NCBI GenBank assembly: GCA_010015585.1
Contig: ML975154.1
DNA: 64,000 bases
Direction: 5' to 3' (one strand)
DNA from: Eremomyces bilateralis CBS 781.70
Lineage: Eukaryota
This document shows, piece after piece, positions 47,507-60,989 of the stretch. Position 1 is the first letter of the stretch; every line of letters begins with the position of its first letter. A program made the translations under genes and the position numbers. The notes beneath the pieces are model-generated. The model was given only the letters and a program-made list of their open reading frames with translations, was not told where the DNA came from and ran no database searches.

Positions 47507-49636
47507 ATGGCAGGATCCTCAAGTACCAAAGCGTTTCCCAGAGTGACTGAAGGGCCAGTGATCGATGAAATAACCCCACTCCTTGGGGCTGCCACGGTGC
47601 CTCAGCCAAAGGATGTGGTGTACAATGTTAGCATCCTCCTGCCTACCCAGACAACCTTGGACACTGACTGACCTGCAAAGGGGGCCGCCGATGAAGAATC
47701 ACTGGAGACGGGAAGGGACGGTGAAGAAGAGAAGAAGAGCGCCTGGGATATGTTTAGCATACTCTCCGTATTATTAATTGGTATGTCTTATCTTGTAATA
47801 CCTCATCGTAATTCTACTAACCAGCTTTGCCAGGAGCTTTTATGGGCCAAGTGGATGGGTGTATTATGATGGCCACCTATGGGCTGATTTCTTCAGAATT
47901 CAACCAGCTAGAGAATGCTACCTGGCTTCTGTCGAGCTATATGCTCGCAGCATGCGTCAGCCAGCCTCTGGTGAGTCTTGAAACGGACCACTTGAGTCAT
48001 GTGGACTGTTCTGGTTAACAGAGTCAAGTATGGCAAGCTGAGTGATATCTTTGGCCGAAAACCGTTATTACAGATCTCCTACCTGCTTTTCACCCTTGGT
48101 TGTCTCCTCTGGTAAGTCTGACGCATTTCCTGGCAGATAAAAGGCTTATCATGGTGTGTTCTAGTGGGTTGAGTCAATCCATGGCCCAGATGATCGCCGC
48201 TCGAGCAATTCAAGGCATAGGAGGAGCAGGTATGGGAGGCCTTGTGGCTATCCTCATCTCTGGTATATTATCCTTATTCAGTTTCGACCCAACACCCGCT
48301 AACTAATCACAGATCTAGTGCCTTTACGTGATGTTGCGGTATATCGTAGCTACGTGAACGTTGTGCAGACCGTTGGCAGGTCATGTGGCGGTCCGATCGG
48401 AGGCGCTTTAATGCAGACCATAGGCTGGCGCTGGTAAGAAGTGTATTTGTGTGCCAATTGCATTGCTGACCTGCCGCGCAGGGCTTTCTTGGGTCAGGTG
48501 CCAATTATATTGATAGCAATGTGCCTCATCGAATGGAAATTAGAGTCCCCCGAACGAATCGACGATTCGTCGAAAGAGTCGTTATGGGAAAAATTCCGAA
48601 GCATTGACTTCCTCGGTGTAGCTACACTAAGTTTAACGATTCTTAGCTCCTTGCTCATCCTTGACCTGGGAGGTACGATGATCCCTTGGAATTCGCCGTT
48701 GATCCCCGTTCTGGTAACCGGAATGTTGCTCTGTGGAGGACTATTCATCGTCACTGAAAAGTATTGGGCGAAGCAGCCTATCTTCCCCCTTTCTCTTCTC
48801 ACGCATTATGATGTGTTTACATCATACCTTATTTTGATGTTCCAATCTTGCTCTCAAATTGCGGTAAGATCTGTCTCGCTACATATATCGTTAGAAGACC
48901 TCGCAACTAATGTACTGAAGCTTATGTCAATCGTACCGCTATACTTCACAGTCACCCAGAACGCCTCGCCAGCTGCTGCTGGATCATACATGACCCCATC
49001 TATCATCGGTAATACAATTGGGGGGCTGGGTACAGGGGCATATATCAAACGGTAAGGCCTTTCGCTTTGTTTTAGTCCATTTTGGATTGTTCGACAACCA
49101 CTCGCTCACTTGGGTTATAAAGGAGCGGTCGTTACAAGCTACCCATAATTATCTCCGGTATCAGCGCCTGCTCTTGCTTTACCATTCTCGCCACGACATG
49201 GAGAGGCAACACAAGCTTATGGGAGGCACTCCTCATCTTTCCCGCCGGCTTCTCGTCGGGCATTGGGTACTCCGCCACGTTCATTGCTATGGGTGCCGGC
49301 ATTGACGAAAAGGACATGGCTATCGCCACCTCTGGATTGTATCTCAGCTCTAATGTCGGCGCCGTGGCCGGCGTGAGCCTTTCGAGCGCCCTGTTCCACA
49401 ATACACTGCGTACCGATCTTAACAAGGTGTTGAAGGGCGTGGAAGGTGGAAAGGAGATCGCAAGAAAGGCATTGTCGGACATTGACTTCGTGCAAAAACT
49501 GAAAGGGAGGCTACACGCCCTGGTCATTGAAGCATATGTCTATAGTTTCAGCCGGACGTTTACATTATCGTTGGCCTTCTCTGCCTGCGCGCTTCTCGTT
49601 GGCTGGATGATTAGGGAGAAGAGAATCAAAGGGTAG
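47507..49636 (+). CDS. Major facilitator superfamily transporter (14-TM DHA2/Vba-like), many introns
   Basis: N-terminal DEITPLL dileucine-type signal; ISSEFNQLENATWLLSSYMLA...QPL|YGKLSDIFGRK, ARAIQGIGGAG, DLVPLRDVAVYRSYVN, PIFPLSL, MAIATSGLYL. Confidence 0.88.
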
Positions 49637-50070
49637 AACTCATTGTGAGAGGACGTTGACAGTCTCCAGACACAAGGGAAAAAAGGAATAGAATAATATA
49701 GAAGACACAAAATTTCCTTAGATTAGCGAAGAATGAACATTTACCTTTGCTCCTAGGGTCACCGCTTCACCCCCTTTCCATTCTTGCCAAACATGAGCAG
49801 TAAGCACAACCAAACTCACATCACCGTTAATGGCAGAGCCCTCGTGCCTCAGTAATGATTGCAGAAGCAAAATAAACTCTCCAAACGCTCCACACTCACC
49901 TGCCCAGACTAGGCATGTCCGTATGTAGGATGGTTTTTGGGCCGACGTTTGGGGTGATACCATCGAGAAACCAAGAGGAAGCTATCGCGACGCGTTTAGA
50001 GATCTCAGTGAAAAGAGCTCGCCTAATCCTCGAAAGAAGCGAGCCGATGACACGGTATCTTCAATTGCAT

Positions 50071-51889
50071 CTAAGTCCAGATGCTGAAAGGGCCTTGATA
50101 TCTGAAACTGAGAGGATCATCCGCTGCTCCTTCCTGTGCGTACGGGATAGCATCCAAAGGCCCCTCACTCTCTTTGATGTACCCGAGTTCGCATTTCGTG
50201 AAGCTGACCTTCGGCTGGTCGACGTAGAAAGAGTCATACCGAGGCTGCAGACTATCGGTGAGGCTGGCAACGTTTCCCTTCGGATGCAATATTTCCCATG
50301 GGTGGGTGCATGCGCGGCCTTTGCAAGTCTTAAGCACCATCATAAGCGCGTCGAGCCGAGTGATCACCTCATGGAAAGGACGATTGCGAATACTGAAGCC
50401 CTCACGCTGCGACGCATATTCGGCCGAAAAGAGGTTCCGTAGTTCGCCTGCATCGGTCTGCCTCAAATCAGTACGAGTATATCCTGCCTAGATAGGCGAG
50501 CGAGCAAGGCACTGAACTTACCGTCAAATCATACAACTCGGCCTCATTGGTGCACCAAACAGCGTAGTAAAGATTGTATTCCCCTCCGATAACGCGGACG
50601 GCCTTGTAGGTGTTGTTCGCACCTGTTGGAATGTCATAATCCCCAGTCTCAACCAGGTCGCCATATCGTCCGTATTTTCCTTCGGGAATTGCGACACCCC
50701 AATATTCGATGGTGACATGCTCCGTCTTCGACTTCTCCTCGCCTTCGTACGTGAGCGGGATGGGGATACCGTCCGTGTTTTGCAACGTCGAACCAGCAAG
50801 GCCGACGATAGTGGAAGCAAGATCGGTGTGAGCCGTGACGACTTCGGAAATGTGACCGACTGGGACACCAGGTCCTCGAATGACTAGCGGGATGTGAACA
50901 TCTGTTTCGAATCCGCATTCCTTGCCCGGATGCATCCTGTGTTGGCCGATATGGTAACCATTATCTGTGGTATAGATGATGTACGTGTTCTCAAGTTCTC
51001 CGCGGGCCTCAAGCAGCTTGACCAGCGCTTCGACCGATTCGTCTACGGCCTGTAGGGATCTCAAGCGCGCTCGCTGATATTCGTCCTGATAATCGACGAC
51101 TGTATCGTTCAATCGAGGGAGCTTGGCCACCCAACTGACGCCTCCCTGATGTTCCGGATTGAAATTTTCCTCGCGCGGAATCTGATAGTCTTTAAAAAGG
51201 TGTGCATGACGCTCGGCATAATACGGCTTGTCAAATTTCAGTTTCTTGTCGAAGCTGACGTCGCCATGAGGCGCGATTGGAGCATGCACTACAAACCAAG
51301 GTTTGTCGTGTGACAAAGCCTCCTCGACGAAGGCGTATGCCTTCCCAGCTGTGACGTCAGGTGAGTACTGGCCCTCGTAGCTAACCGGAGGAGCGCCATT
51401 GCGAGTTAGTGATGCGTTGTAGTACCGGTACGTGAATGGGTCGAGGAGAAAATCCGAGCCATTGAAGCCTCTAGCGTACGGGGCATCGTAGTTCTCGACA
51501 GTATGGGCGTTCCAGAGCTTGCCGGTGTAGTAGGTGTTATAGCCTGCGTTCTGAAGCCAGACCGGAAGGTAGTCATCATTGATCCCCTCGCGGACAATCT
51601 TTGGGTAGCCACCATAGGGAGGGTGAACGTCCGTGACGTTGGTGTTATGGGCTGCCCGTCCGGTCCAGATGTTCACCCGCGATGGGCAGCAGATGGCGAC
51701 GGTACAATAATGCCGCGAGTAGAGTGTCCCTTCGTTAACGAGGTGCTTCTGCAGGAGAGGCATATGCTGTAGGGATTGCATATGCCAATCTTGGTCGTCG
51801 GTCAGAATGAACAAGATATTTGGCTGTTTTGCAGCCAGCGTGCTGTGGCAGAGCCATGACAAGGCAGCGAGCAGGATTTTGAGATGCAT
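50071..51889 (-). CDS. Secreted arylsulfatase (ars-1-like); intron 50521-50458
   Basis: Signal peptide; PNILFILTDDQD, formylglycine motif CCPSR, GRAAHNTNVT, YTGKLWN, APIAPH, DNGYHIGQHR, RLDALMMVLKTC. Confidence 0.93.
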
Positions 51890-52517
51890 TTTGACTCGGA
51901 ACGCTCAAAAACTTGGAACCAAGCAGAACGAAAGCAAGACAATGGTTCTCAACTACAGGGAAATCAAGACGAATATAGCCGTAATATGGCTGAGGATTTC
52001 AACACCATGGGATTGCAACACCCATTCCCTGAAATGCAATGGGACGCGCCGTCTCCAAATACCTTGCTATTTTGCAATCCCATCTTGTCCATGCACAGAT
52101 GTTTAGCGCTCGACTTAATTGATAGTGCCATGACGAAATCTGGGGAGTTCGATTCCGTCAAGACGCTCTCGGATGATGTGATACGTACATGCTCAGGTAG
52201 AGAGAGTGGGATGTTATCTCAGTTGGGACTCAGGCGGCAATGGTGCCCCCTGGCCATTATGGGGCTCCGCTATACCCAATGAAGCCCAGCCTCTTCTTTA
52301 GCACACGCCACTAAATATTGACCAATCATGCGCCTTGAAGGCAGAGGGCACCACTGCCGTCTGAGAGACTCCTGCATAGTTTGTGTGGATGTGTCGAGTA
52401 TCAAATCATGATATAGGTGAGGGAACTCCCATCGCTAAGTGTGCTTGATCCGGAAAGGCTATCGCTAATCTGTTTTCAGAAATTGATCGTACGCGTTGAC
52501 TTCTACATTTCATCAAG

Positions 52518-52837
52518 NNNNNNNNNNNNNNNNNNNNNNNNNNNNNNNNNNNNNNNNNNNNNNNNNNNNNNNNNNNNNNNNNNNNNNNNNNNNNNNNNNN
52601 NNNNNNNNNNNNNNNNNNNNNNNNNNNNNNNNNNNNNNNNNNNNNNNNNNNNNNNNNNNNNNNNNNNNNNNNNNNNNNNNNNNNNNNNNNNNNNNNNNNN
52701 NNNNNNNNNNNNNNNNNNNNNNNNNNNNNNNNNNNNNNNNNNNNNNNNNNNNNNNNNNNNNNNNNNNNNNNNNNNNNNNNNNNNNNNNNNNNNNNNNNNN
52801 NNNNNNNNNNNNNNNNNNNNNNNNNNNNNNNNNNNNN
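52518..52837. other. Assembly gap (320 N)
   Basis: Run of n. Confidence 1.
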
Positions 52838-54244
52838 CTTCTTGTGCGCATACCTGAAGAAGAATCTTGAGCAGCTCATTTGGCCGTTTGGCTGCGCGGC
52901 CAAATGTTAACAGGTATAGGAGTTTTAATATCTGAGGGGATTATAGTCGAATCATCTGTACCAGAATCTAACTTAACGCTAATTTGTGATACGAACGATA
53001 ACTCCTCTCCCACGACAAACGAGCTTCCTAATTCCTGCGACCCTTCCGATGCCTCCGACTGTGATGAAAACGAGGGCCAATGGCAGGGTTTGAATGTTTC
53101 CCGATACTCATTAAGCTGCTGCGCAAGTAGCTCGTTATGCATGGTAACCCGGAGCCCATCCCTATCATCTGCCAGCTGACGACTGCGGACATGTTGAGCA
53201 ACCTTTTCCTCTTTAGATAAAGTGGGATTAGGTACAATACTCGAGTCTTGACGATTACTCCTCAAGTCTTGAGCAGCAGCCTCTGTAGCCTTTCCGGCCA
53301 ATGCCTTAATGTTCCTCTTGTACTTTCGTTCCTCTAGTATCGCGTCGTGCTTCGAGTATACGTCTGGAACAATCTGGACAAGGAATACCAGGAAAGGATC
53401 GAGGAGGGTATTCTGATATTCCCAGTTTTCGATATCAAAGAGGGCTGACAATGCCTCCTGATTTGGTATAGGTATCGTTGAGTTCTTCACACAGGTATAC
53501 ATACGAGCAATAGCCCACTGCGCTTCTTGAGGAATGATCACCCCAGCTGGAATTGGAATCCTTTGCTGCGCTCGTGGGAAGATCGATTCCACATTGCTCC
53601 ATAACATGGAGCTCGTCAATTGCAACCACGCCAATCTTATTCTTTACATCAGGATTTAACAGCAAATCACGAAACTCATCGCTAACTGCTTGCTCAGGAC
53701 CCATCAAGATATGGGTATATAACCCAGCTGCAATCTCCTTGTACAGGTTCGGATTCGTGTGCTTGGTCTCCGCTGTAACAAGGCAAGGCCTGGCCTCTGG
53801 TAACTGTTCAATCGACCGCTTCTGCTCCTCTCCAAGCTTGCTTAAAGGAATCAACTGAATGACAATTCTTCCAATAAAGATTGGGATAGCATGGAAGATG
53901 ATGCTCTTCCCAAAACCAGTCTTAGCAGAGACAATAGTATCCCCATGGCGAAAAACAATTCGTCGAAGAGCCCGAACCTGGTTGATACGTGGGAGCCGAC
54001 CACCCAGGAGTCGCTGTAAACCGTGGAAGATAAGATCATGCTGGTATGTGGCATTCTTTCGTATCAGACAGGCCTTGACTAACTCTTGCAGTACCGAACA
54101 TAACTCTTTCTCTGGCGTCGTTGCAATGGTGGATATCCGTTCTTCAATCGTTTTCTGGATAGAAGCTGATTGTAAAGAGGCCGGATTCTGGTATGAGGGG
54201 ATTTCACGCTGATGGGCGCGGCCTCGCCGCCGCTTCACTCGCAT
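52838..54244 (-). pseudogene. Internally deleted and frameshifted RecQ-like SF2 helicase gene, probably transposon-derived
   Basis: PRINQVRAL (Q motif), SAKTGFGKS (Walker A), LIPLSKL (Ia), ILMGPEQ, VAIDELH (motif II), then motifs III-VI are missing and a different frame carries a C-terminal-like region. Confidence 0.78.
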
Positions 54245-54577
54245 GGAGGGTGACCTGGAGATTGATCCCGTCAAGTGATGACGCAACAAGCAGTTTTAAA
54301 ACTCTAGTTACAGAATGTACAGTTAGCAGTTTGATATTTAAAAACCATAGGACGGTTTAACAAACCCTTATCTATATTTCATCAACTTTTGGAGCCCACT
54401 CAACTTCTCCATATGATGTTATTCGAATATCTCGTCAATTCTAGCAATTCTCATCACGTCGACTCCACAGGAAATTCGCAACAGTTTCTCAGACGTTACA
54501 CAAGACAGTTGCACTCACGTGACTAGTTTTAACGCTAAACATGGGTTTAATCTGGTTACGGTTTAGCTTAACCAGTG

Positions 54578-56560
54578 TCATGGCTTGAGTAACGTCTGAG
54601 CCCAAGCTGAGATAAGTGGGATGCAGTGTAGGTCTGGGTCGGGCAGGGGTGGATCTCCAGGCAATAAGGCCAACAGTGCTGAAGCTGAGTCAGCAAGGGG
54701 TTTGAAGTCCTGAATGGTTTCACAGTTGACAGTGACCACCACTGATTGAACATTGAACAACCAATCGTCCCAGTTGTGCAACCTGACAGCTCGACGTATT
54801 CCTTGAAGAAGGACGAAGCTGATGGACTTGAAGAACGTCTTCAGCGCCTCGAAATTCCGAATCACAGGATCGCGGCTTATAGTCCGCTTCCTCGACATAC
54901 ACATCTCCCCTGCAGGAACCAGGAGACACGGATCAAATTAAGGGGGAGCCGAAAGTTAGAATTTCTGGATAGCGAGTGGACCGGGTACTGGTTAGGCGTA
55001 TCCGTTGGAAGATAAATACGCGCAACGTTTATGGATGCTTTCTGGTACGTTTGAGGTAGATACGCTCACCGGCATGTCAATAGACTCCGCATTTGGTGAT
55101 TGCCAATGTGATGCTTCGCCAAGTTAAGCCGCGAAAAGCGGGATGTGGCAGCGATGCGAGAAATGAGTACATCAAGGCTGGCCGAGTAATCGACCGGTAA
55201 ATCTGGGATGGATTTCGGCGTGTCCGTTGTTACAGCAAGCAACGCCATGACCCTTGGGTTGGAGGCTTGAAAGTGCCTAGTCTGCCTCATTAGATTCAAA
55301 CGACGCCACTGTATCCCTATCTGATTGAGAGTATAACAATATTTGCGGGAGATCGATGGCGTCCCAGGCTGATCTCACATGCTTTATGGAATCGGTTGAG
55401 GAACTGGCTGTAGTCGTATAGCCAGTCATGGGAGGGGACAATTGCGCTGCGAGCCATGTCAATCTCTTAAAAGATCTAGATCTGACTAAAGTATGAGTTA
55501 AAGAAACCTCGCCGTCTCTTGCTAAATCCATCCTTACCATTTGTCCAGATGACTTACATGAGCCCTCGTCGTACTTGACTGGCAACTTCGGCTGCAGTCC
55601 GATAGAGGAAACATGCAGAGTTGACAGCTCCGCGGAGATTCGACTGGGCCGGGTACAATCGAAAAACATCGTCCTGCAAGCCTGACGGAGCTGGTGGTCG
55701 GGAAGCTGTCAATAAGGCTGTCGATTTCGGAGTCTCCAAGACTAGGACGGTTCCTCCGTTGGAAGGCTTTATATATTCGTAGACCGTATGGAGATCAGCA
55801 TAATATCCCCCGATATTGAAAATAGTTATGATGTGTAGAGATAGACTTGGATGATAGCGATCGCTGAGAACACACGGTTCTTGTTCCTTAGGTCTGACGA
55901 CGGTGGGCCAGGCTGGTCGTCTACACCTCGCCAGTGGTATATGGCAAGTTCCTTGGGCTCTTTCTCAACCAGGAGCAGGCGATCATCAACGGCCCTCAAG
56001 GTGAACCTGTTCTCGCGATACACAGGGTTGGACTCATGAAATCAACACCGACCACTTCGGTAGCTAAGCATGAAGCTGCGATTCCTGAGAGAACTCGACG
56101 GGCAAATTCAATCCATGCTAGAATACGAAGAGGTGAATAGGAGAGGAACAGGAAGAAGAGGGTTCTCCGTGCCCCACATCCTTCATAGACACAGTCCTGA
56201 GGGTAATAAACGTTGCCCTCCGATCCGCCGGTCCACGATTGTTACATGAGATCCAAGAAGCCTGGCTGGTGTCAGGTTTGAGTGTGACAAGTAGATTGCG
56301 GCTCTTATCACCTTCCAATCAGTCCTGTCGGGTCAGTGAACTGTGAAACACAATATGGGTTGTACCTGACGATCCATAACGTCTCTCATAGGGCCGATAT
56401 TAGTAATTAGATCCGATGACTTTCATTTGCAGGTGATGATCTTGGCTTTTGCATGTGGAGCTCCAAGCTCCTCTAGCGGCGGGAGAATGCGGGCTAAATC
56501 GGGGATTTTATTCTTTCATCTTCAACCTTCAAGTCAGGAGTTTGGAGTCGAGGTTAAGCG
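54578..56560 (-). pseudogene. Possible degraded coding remnant of unknown family
   Basis: Chain of short co-oriented protein-like ORF fragments broken by stops and frameshifts; no recognisable motif. Confidence 0.3.
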
Positions 56561-58486
56561 GCTGCATCACTAGATATCGTGAGAGTTTTCCACTGTGAAT
56601 CTTGCGCATCAAACACATTGCTTGAATCTGTAGTGAAAGTACTGACCAACAGTGGATATGAAGAGTCGTATGCTTGAATCGCTTGTAATCTACAATTCAC
56701 ATGAGGTCCCTGATTATGAAGCCTTATATTAAGGCACCAATTGTTATGACTGGGATTCCCCTTTATTCTCTCTTCCTCTGGCTGGTTGACCAACTGCATC
56801 TGGTGCTGCTGTCCGCCGATATCTGCCTGCCCCTTCACTATTTCCGGGCCCCAATTGCCCTGTGCACACGGCATCTCCAGAATTTGGCCTCCGTTCTAGA
56901 AGGACTAACGTCCGCTATCGAAGATGCAGGTCATCGCCCCGGCTCTAAATACGTCAGGCTCCCAGCAAATTTCCTTGTCTTTGCTGCTCCGTTGGGGGGA
57001 AATGAGGAGGCGGAAGGATTGCACGGACTGGCGCGTCACGATCGAAAGACTTGTCCCTGTCGGTGGTGGGCCGGTAGCTCGTGAAAAGATTCCCTTTGGC
57101 GTGGTTTTCTCATATGCTTTGATGAAGAATACATCGCGCTGAGACCGAGGTAGCCGGTGCGCGTGGATATCGATTATGAATTGCCAAATAATACGTAGAT
57201 GATCGGGTCCTTCGCACTTTCGTCGAAAGTTCCTTTTGAGTTAGACTGGACACCCCATAATTTCCAATCGCCGGACGATGTATATCAACTGTACTTGGAC
57301 CGAGTTGTCACTTTCAACCATCGACGCAACGACAACGAAGCATCGAAGCCCTCGCTGATGCATCTGCGCGATGAAGGCCACGTGCAGTTGCGGAAGCGAG
57401 GAAGAACCCCAAGCCCAAGACAATGGTCGAATGTCGAGTCCGGCTACTAACCATGGCGAGTCAGACTCCCATTCACCGCAATTGCAACACTGTCGTTCTT
57501 TAGGAGAAGCCCAGGTTTCAACAAGAATTGCCCCTGATGAAGTGGGCGAAAGGGGGACGGGGGAGAGGCGGTGCATCTTCCTGTTGCACAACGACGCCCC
57601 ACCACCAAATCTCCCTGTTGCATCAAAACAACAAACATCAACACCAGCAGCAATAATCTCGTCTAACCTCACCGGCTTTACCAATACTTCCACTCGTTTT
57701 CCAGTTTCTTCTTCCTCCTCTTCTTTGTCCTCTCCCCACACTCATTATATTTTGGTTCCGGCATCCCACCCTCCCTCTGCCGCCACTCCCTCCGCCGCGG
57801 CGGGTGTCCAGGACGTGGCCCCTACGCCTCCCCGCCCTAACCAACGGCTTCAACTCCGGCAGCTTTCGCAACGAATTGCGGCGCTGCTTCTGGCAATTGG
57901 CCAACGAGACCGGCGGCTCCTGATGCTGATTTTGCCATACGCACGGTTTTACTGGCAGGCCTTCTCGACCGCACGTCAACGTTGCTGGAGTCTCACGCGC
58001 ACCGCCTGTGCGATTGGCGGTCTTTGGCTGCTGACCCGGCTGTTCCTGCGCCACGTCCACTCCCCATTCGCCCATCTTCCCGGCGGCCCTCGCTCCCTGT
58101 CCCTGCACCCTAAACATCTCATCCAGGCCTCGGTCACTCATTCTAAACACAAACATCTTCGAAAAGTTTCCAAGTCGCGTCGTCGGAATTCGAGAGAGTT
58201 GAGGCGGAAGGCGACGGCTGCTGCGGATCGTGACAGTGATAGTGATACAGGTTCCGTTGATGCTGTTGGTCAGGCAGGCTCCGTTGCAGTAATCAACCAC
58301 CGTCGAAGATTTCCAGTTCGAAACAGTCGCGATTTTTTTACACCCTCGTTTCAACATCAAAATCATTCTGGATATGGCACTCCATGTCCAGTCGCTCATT
58401 TGAACTCCTCGTCGCCCTGGCACATTCCGGTCCCGAACATTCACGATCTCGAACATCTTGATGAGGATTCACTTCACGCTCTCATT

Positions 58487-60989
58487 ATGAGTTTGCAAAC
58501 CCCCCTGAAGTCCCCCCCCCGTCGACGTCGTGGAATTACGGAACCGTTACGTATCACAACCATACCTTCACTATCAAATCCAATGGATCACAACCACGCT
58601 CTATCCGACCACATCAATGCTGCTCCCGCATCACCGACGACCAGCACATCCTGCTACACTGCATCCGTCAACCCACCTCCAACCTCGCCAACGTGGCGTT
58701 CATCACAATTCTCATCGATAACGGCAGTCGACACACAATCACAACGCACTCGATCTTCCAAACGATTCTCCCTTAACTTCCCTATCGCCATTCCACGGTC
58801 CACTACTACCTCAATGGCTTCTGGACCTACCGCTCGCTCCTCCCAGCTTTTCTCCCTCTCCTCCCGTCCCCCATCATGGGCTCCGACAACTACATCGAGC
58901 GGCAGTGACCACAGCAGAGGCAACAGTCCTCCAACCTTCTCCCCCAATCGAACATTCATGTCGCCGACACATGGTCACCCGGCCACGTCTCTCCCGGCCC
59001 TAACATCGCCTACATTTCTTCCTCCGCCCGAAACCAACTTTCTGACGATCCTTGCTGCCCAGGAGCGCAAGGTTCTGGAACTCCGTGAGGAGCTTGGTAA
59101 AGCTGAAGCCGAGCTGGGAGAGCTGAAGAAGAAATGGGAGCGCAGTGAGGCTCGAAAGAAGCGTGAGGAGCTTCGGAGTGGGATGCGTTTGCGTGATCTC
59201 GCAGGTCCAGCTGCCATGCCACCCCCTCCAGCGTATATCAATGACGGCGATGGGATCCATGAGATGCAACTGAGATCTGCTACCACCCCAAGGAACAAGC
59301 GACTGTCCGACATATACAGTCTAGGGGCTTCAGACCTGGGACCATATACGCATGATCAAGCGGACCTGAAGGAGGAAGAGGACCCCGATGGCAGCAATGC
59401 ATGGATGACGCAAGAGATGGAACGGCGCAAGTCTCTCCTCCGCGGCAGCACAATGGGTCCTGCACCTGGATCTGCAACCACCCGCTACAGTCAACGCAAG
59501 GTCTTCAGCGGAAGTAGACACACTCGTGCGCTCAGCTTGCTGAGCCCAGACAAAGAACGGGTATTTGATCGAAATGCTGCTCTGGACGCTCTGGAAGGAC
59601 GGACTCGTTCTACATCACCACCCGACGCCTCATTCCCCCCTCCACCTTTTACTCGGGCTTCGGCCGAGCATGATCGAACAGCAATCGCCGAACAGAAACC
59701 TCGGTCTCGTCGGCCACTCTCCCTTGCTTCAGGTCTCCCTCAGCCACCCTCCCGATCCAGGACTTTGCCTATCCTCGCTCCCATCGACCAGCTGAACGAC
59801 GCAATGGAATCGGGCAATGGCGCCCCCGCTGCAATTCTCCGAACAGCCAAGCAAACCGCCGAGGGCTTGAAAGACGGGCTGTGGACATTCTTTGAAGATA
59901 TCCGACAGGCTACGGTCGGCGAGGAGGGAGCAAGAGAGATGGGGGGTGTCGCACAGCGATCCCTCAGTCCCGGAAAACGAGGGCAGGAAGGCGCTTCTGC
60001 AGGTATCCGCACAGGACGGGTCTTGGGCCGTCAGGGTCCGCATCTTGACGGTGACGAGAAAGATCCTGCCGTAATGACCCCCACACGCCCACGCCCAAGG
60101 GGACGGGATCGTACCGGCATAGATGCGAATCCAAAAGCACCTGGTGATCCTGACATGCTGTCCACCCATTCGTCAACCACAGACTCCGCCACTCCATCGC
60201 AACGAAAAGTCGTTGAAGACGAGCACGGTATGGAATGGGACTCGTGGGCGACGCCCCAAAACCCGAAAGACCCCACCACCAAACCAGAGAACGCCCAGGC
60301 GCCCTTGCGGAAGCAAGCCGTGCAGGAACGGATGAGCATGACATATCCGGTGCAACCCGGCGGGAAGGGCAAAGCGAGCCCCGACATGATGGACAGTCCT
60401 GGAAGCAGCAACGAGAGTAGGGAGTCCGGTGAATCGGATGGGTCGCAAGCCACGAAGAAAGACGACGAAACGAGTGCAGCTTCGGAGACCCGGCGGACGA
60501 CTGACGGGAGTGGGAAGGATGCGAGGTGCGTTCTCCCATATCCCTCCTAACCCACCTCTCACCTCTCTTCTCCGCACTCCCACAGCCCAACCTCCACCGC
60601 TCCTTGACACCTAACCATCCACCAGCGATCCCACCGCCCGCACCCACCCCTCCCCCTCCACCGAAGTCCCCCGCCCTTCCGCCAGTATCGACGAATCCTT
60701 CAGTCCTACCGGGACCCTCCGCGCCCGCTCCAACTCCAGCCGCACATCTCCTTCCAACTCCAGCCGCACACCCCCCTCCGGCAGCCACTCCACCACCTCA
60801 GATGCGTTCCCCTGGATGCAGAACCTGCACCTCTCGGACGTGCGGAAGCTCGCCCCCGCGAATCTGATGCGCGAATGGGAACGCTCGTTGTCGCCGCCGG
60901 CGGAGGAGCGGGGTGCGAATGCAGAGGAGGGGACGATGCAGAAGGAGGGGTTGATGGAGATTGCGGAGGAGGGGGAGGAGGGGAGGTAG
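58487..60989 (+). CDS. DUF4048-like coiled-coil protein; intron 60526-60625; frame is open upstream to 57371
   Basis: KRFSLNFPI, NFLTILAAQERKVLELREEL..AEAEL..LKKKW, RKVFSGSRHTRALSLLSP, LKDGLWTFFEDIRQATVGEE, spliced end NLMREWERSL. Confidence 0.78.

Noticed and set aside
52100..52170. tRNA-like GTTCGATTCC upstream of arylsulfatase
   Set aside because: No T-stem, acceptor stem or convincing A-box
51890..52400. CYS-3/MetR site in the arylsulfatase promoter
   Set aside because: Only an imperfect ATGACGAAAT near 52130; no ATGRYRYCAT match seen
52406..52903. ORFs spanning X runs
   Set aside because: Artefacts of the assembly gap
52838..57450. Starship element
   Set aside because: No tyrosine-recombinase captain (DUF3435) or boundary repeats visible
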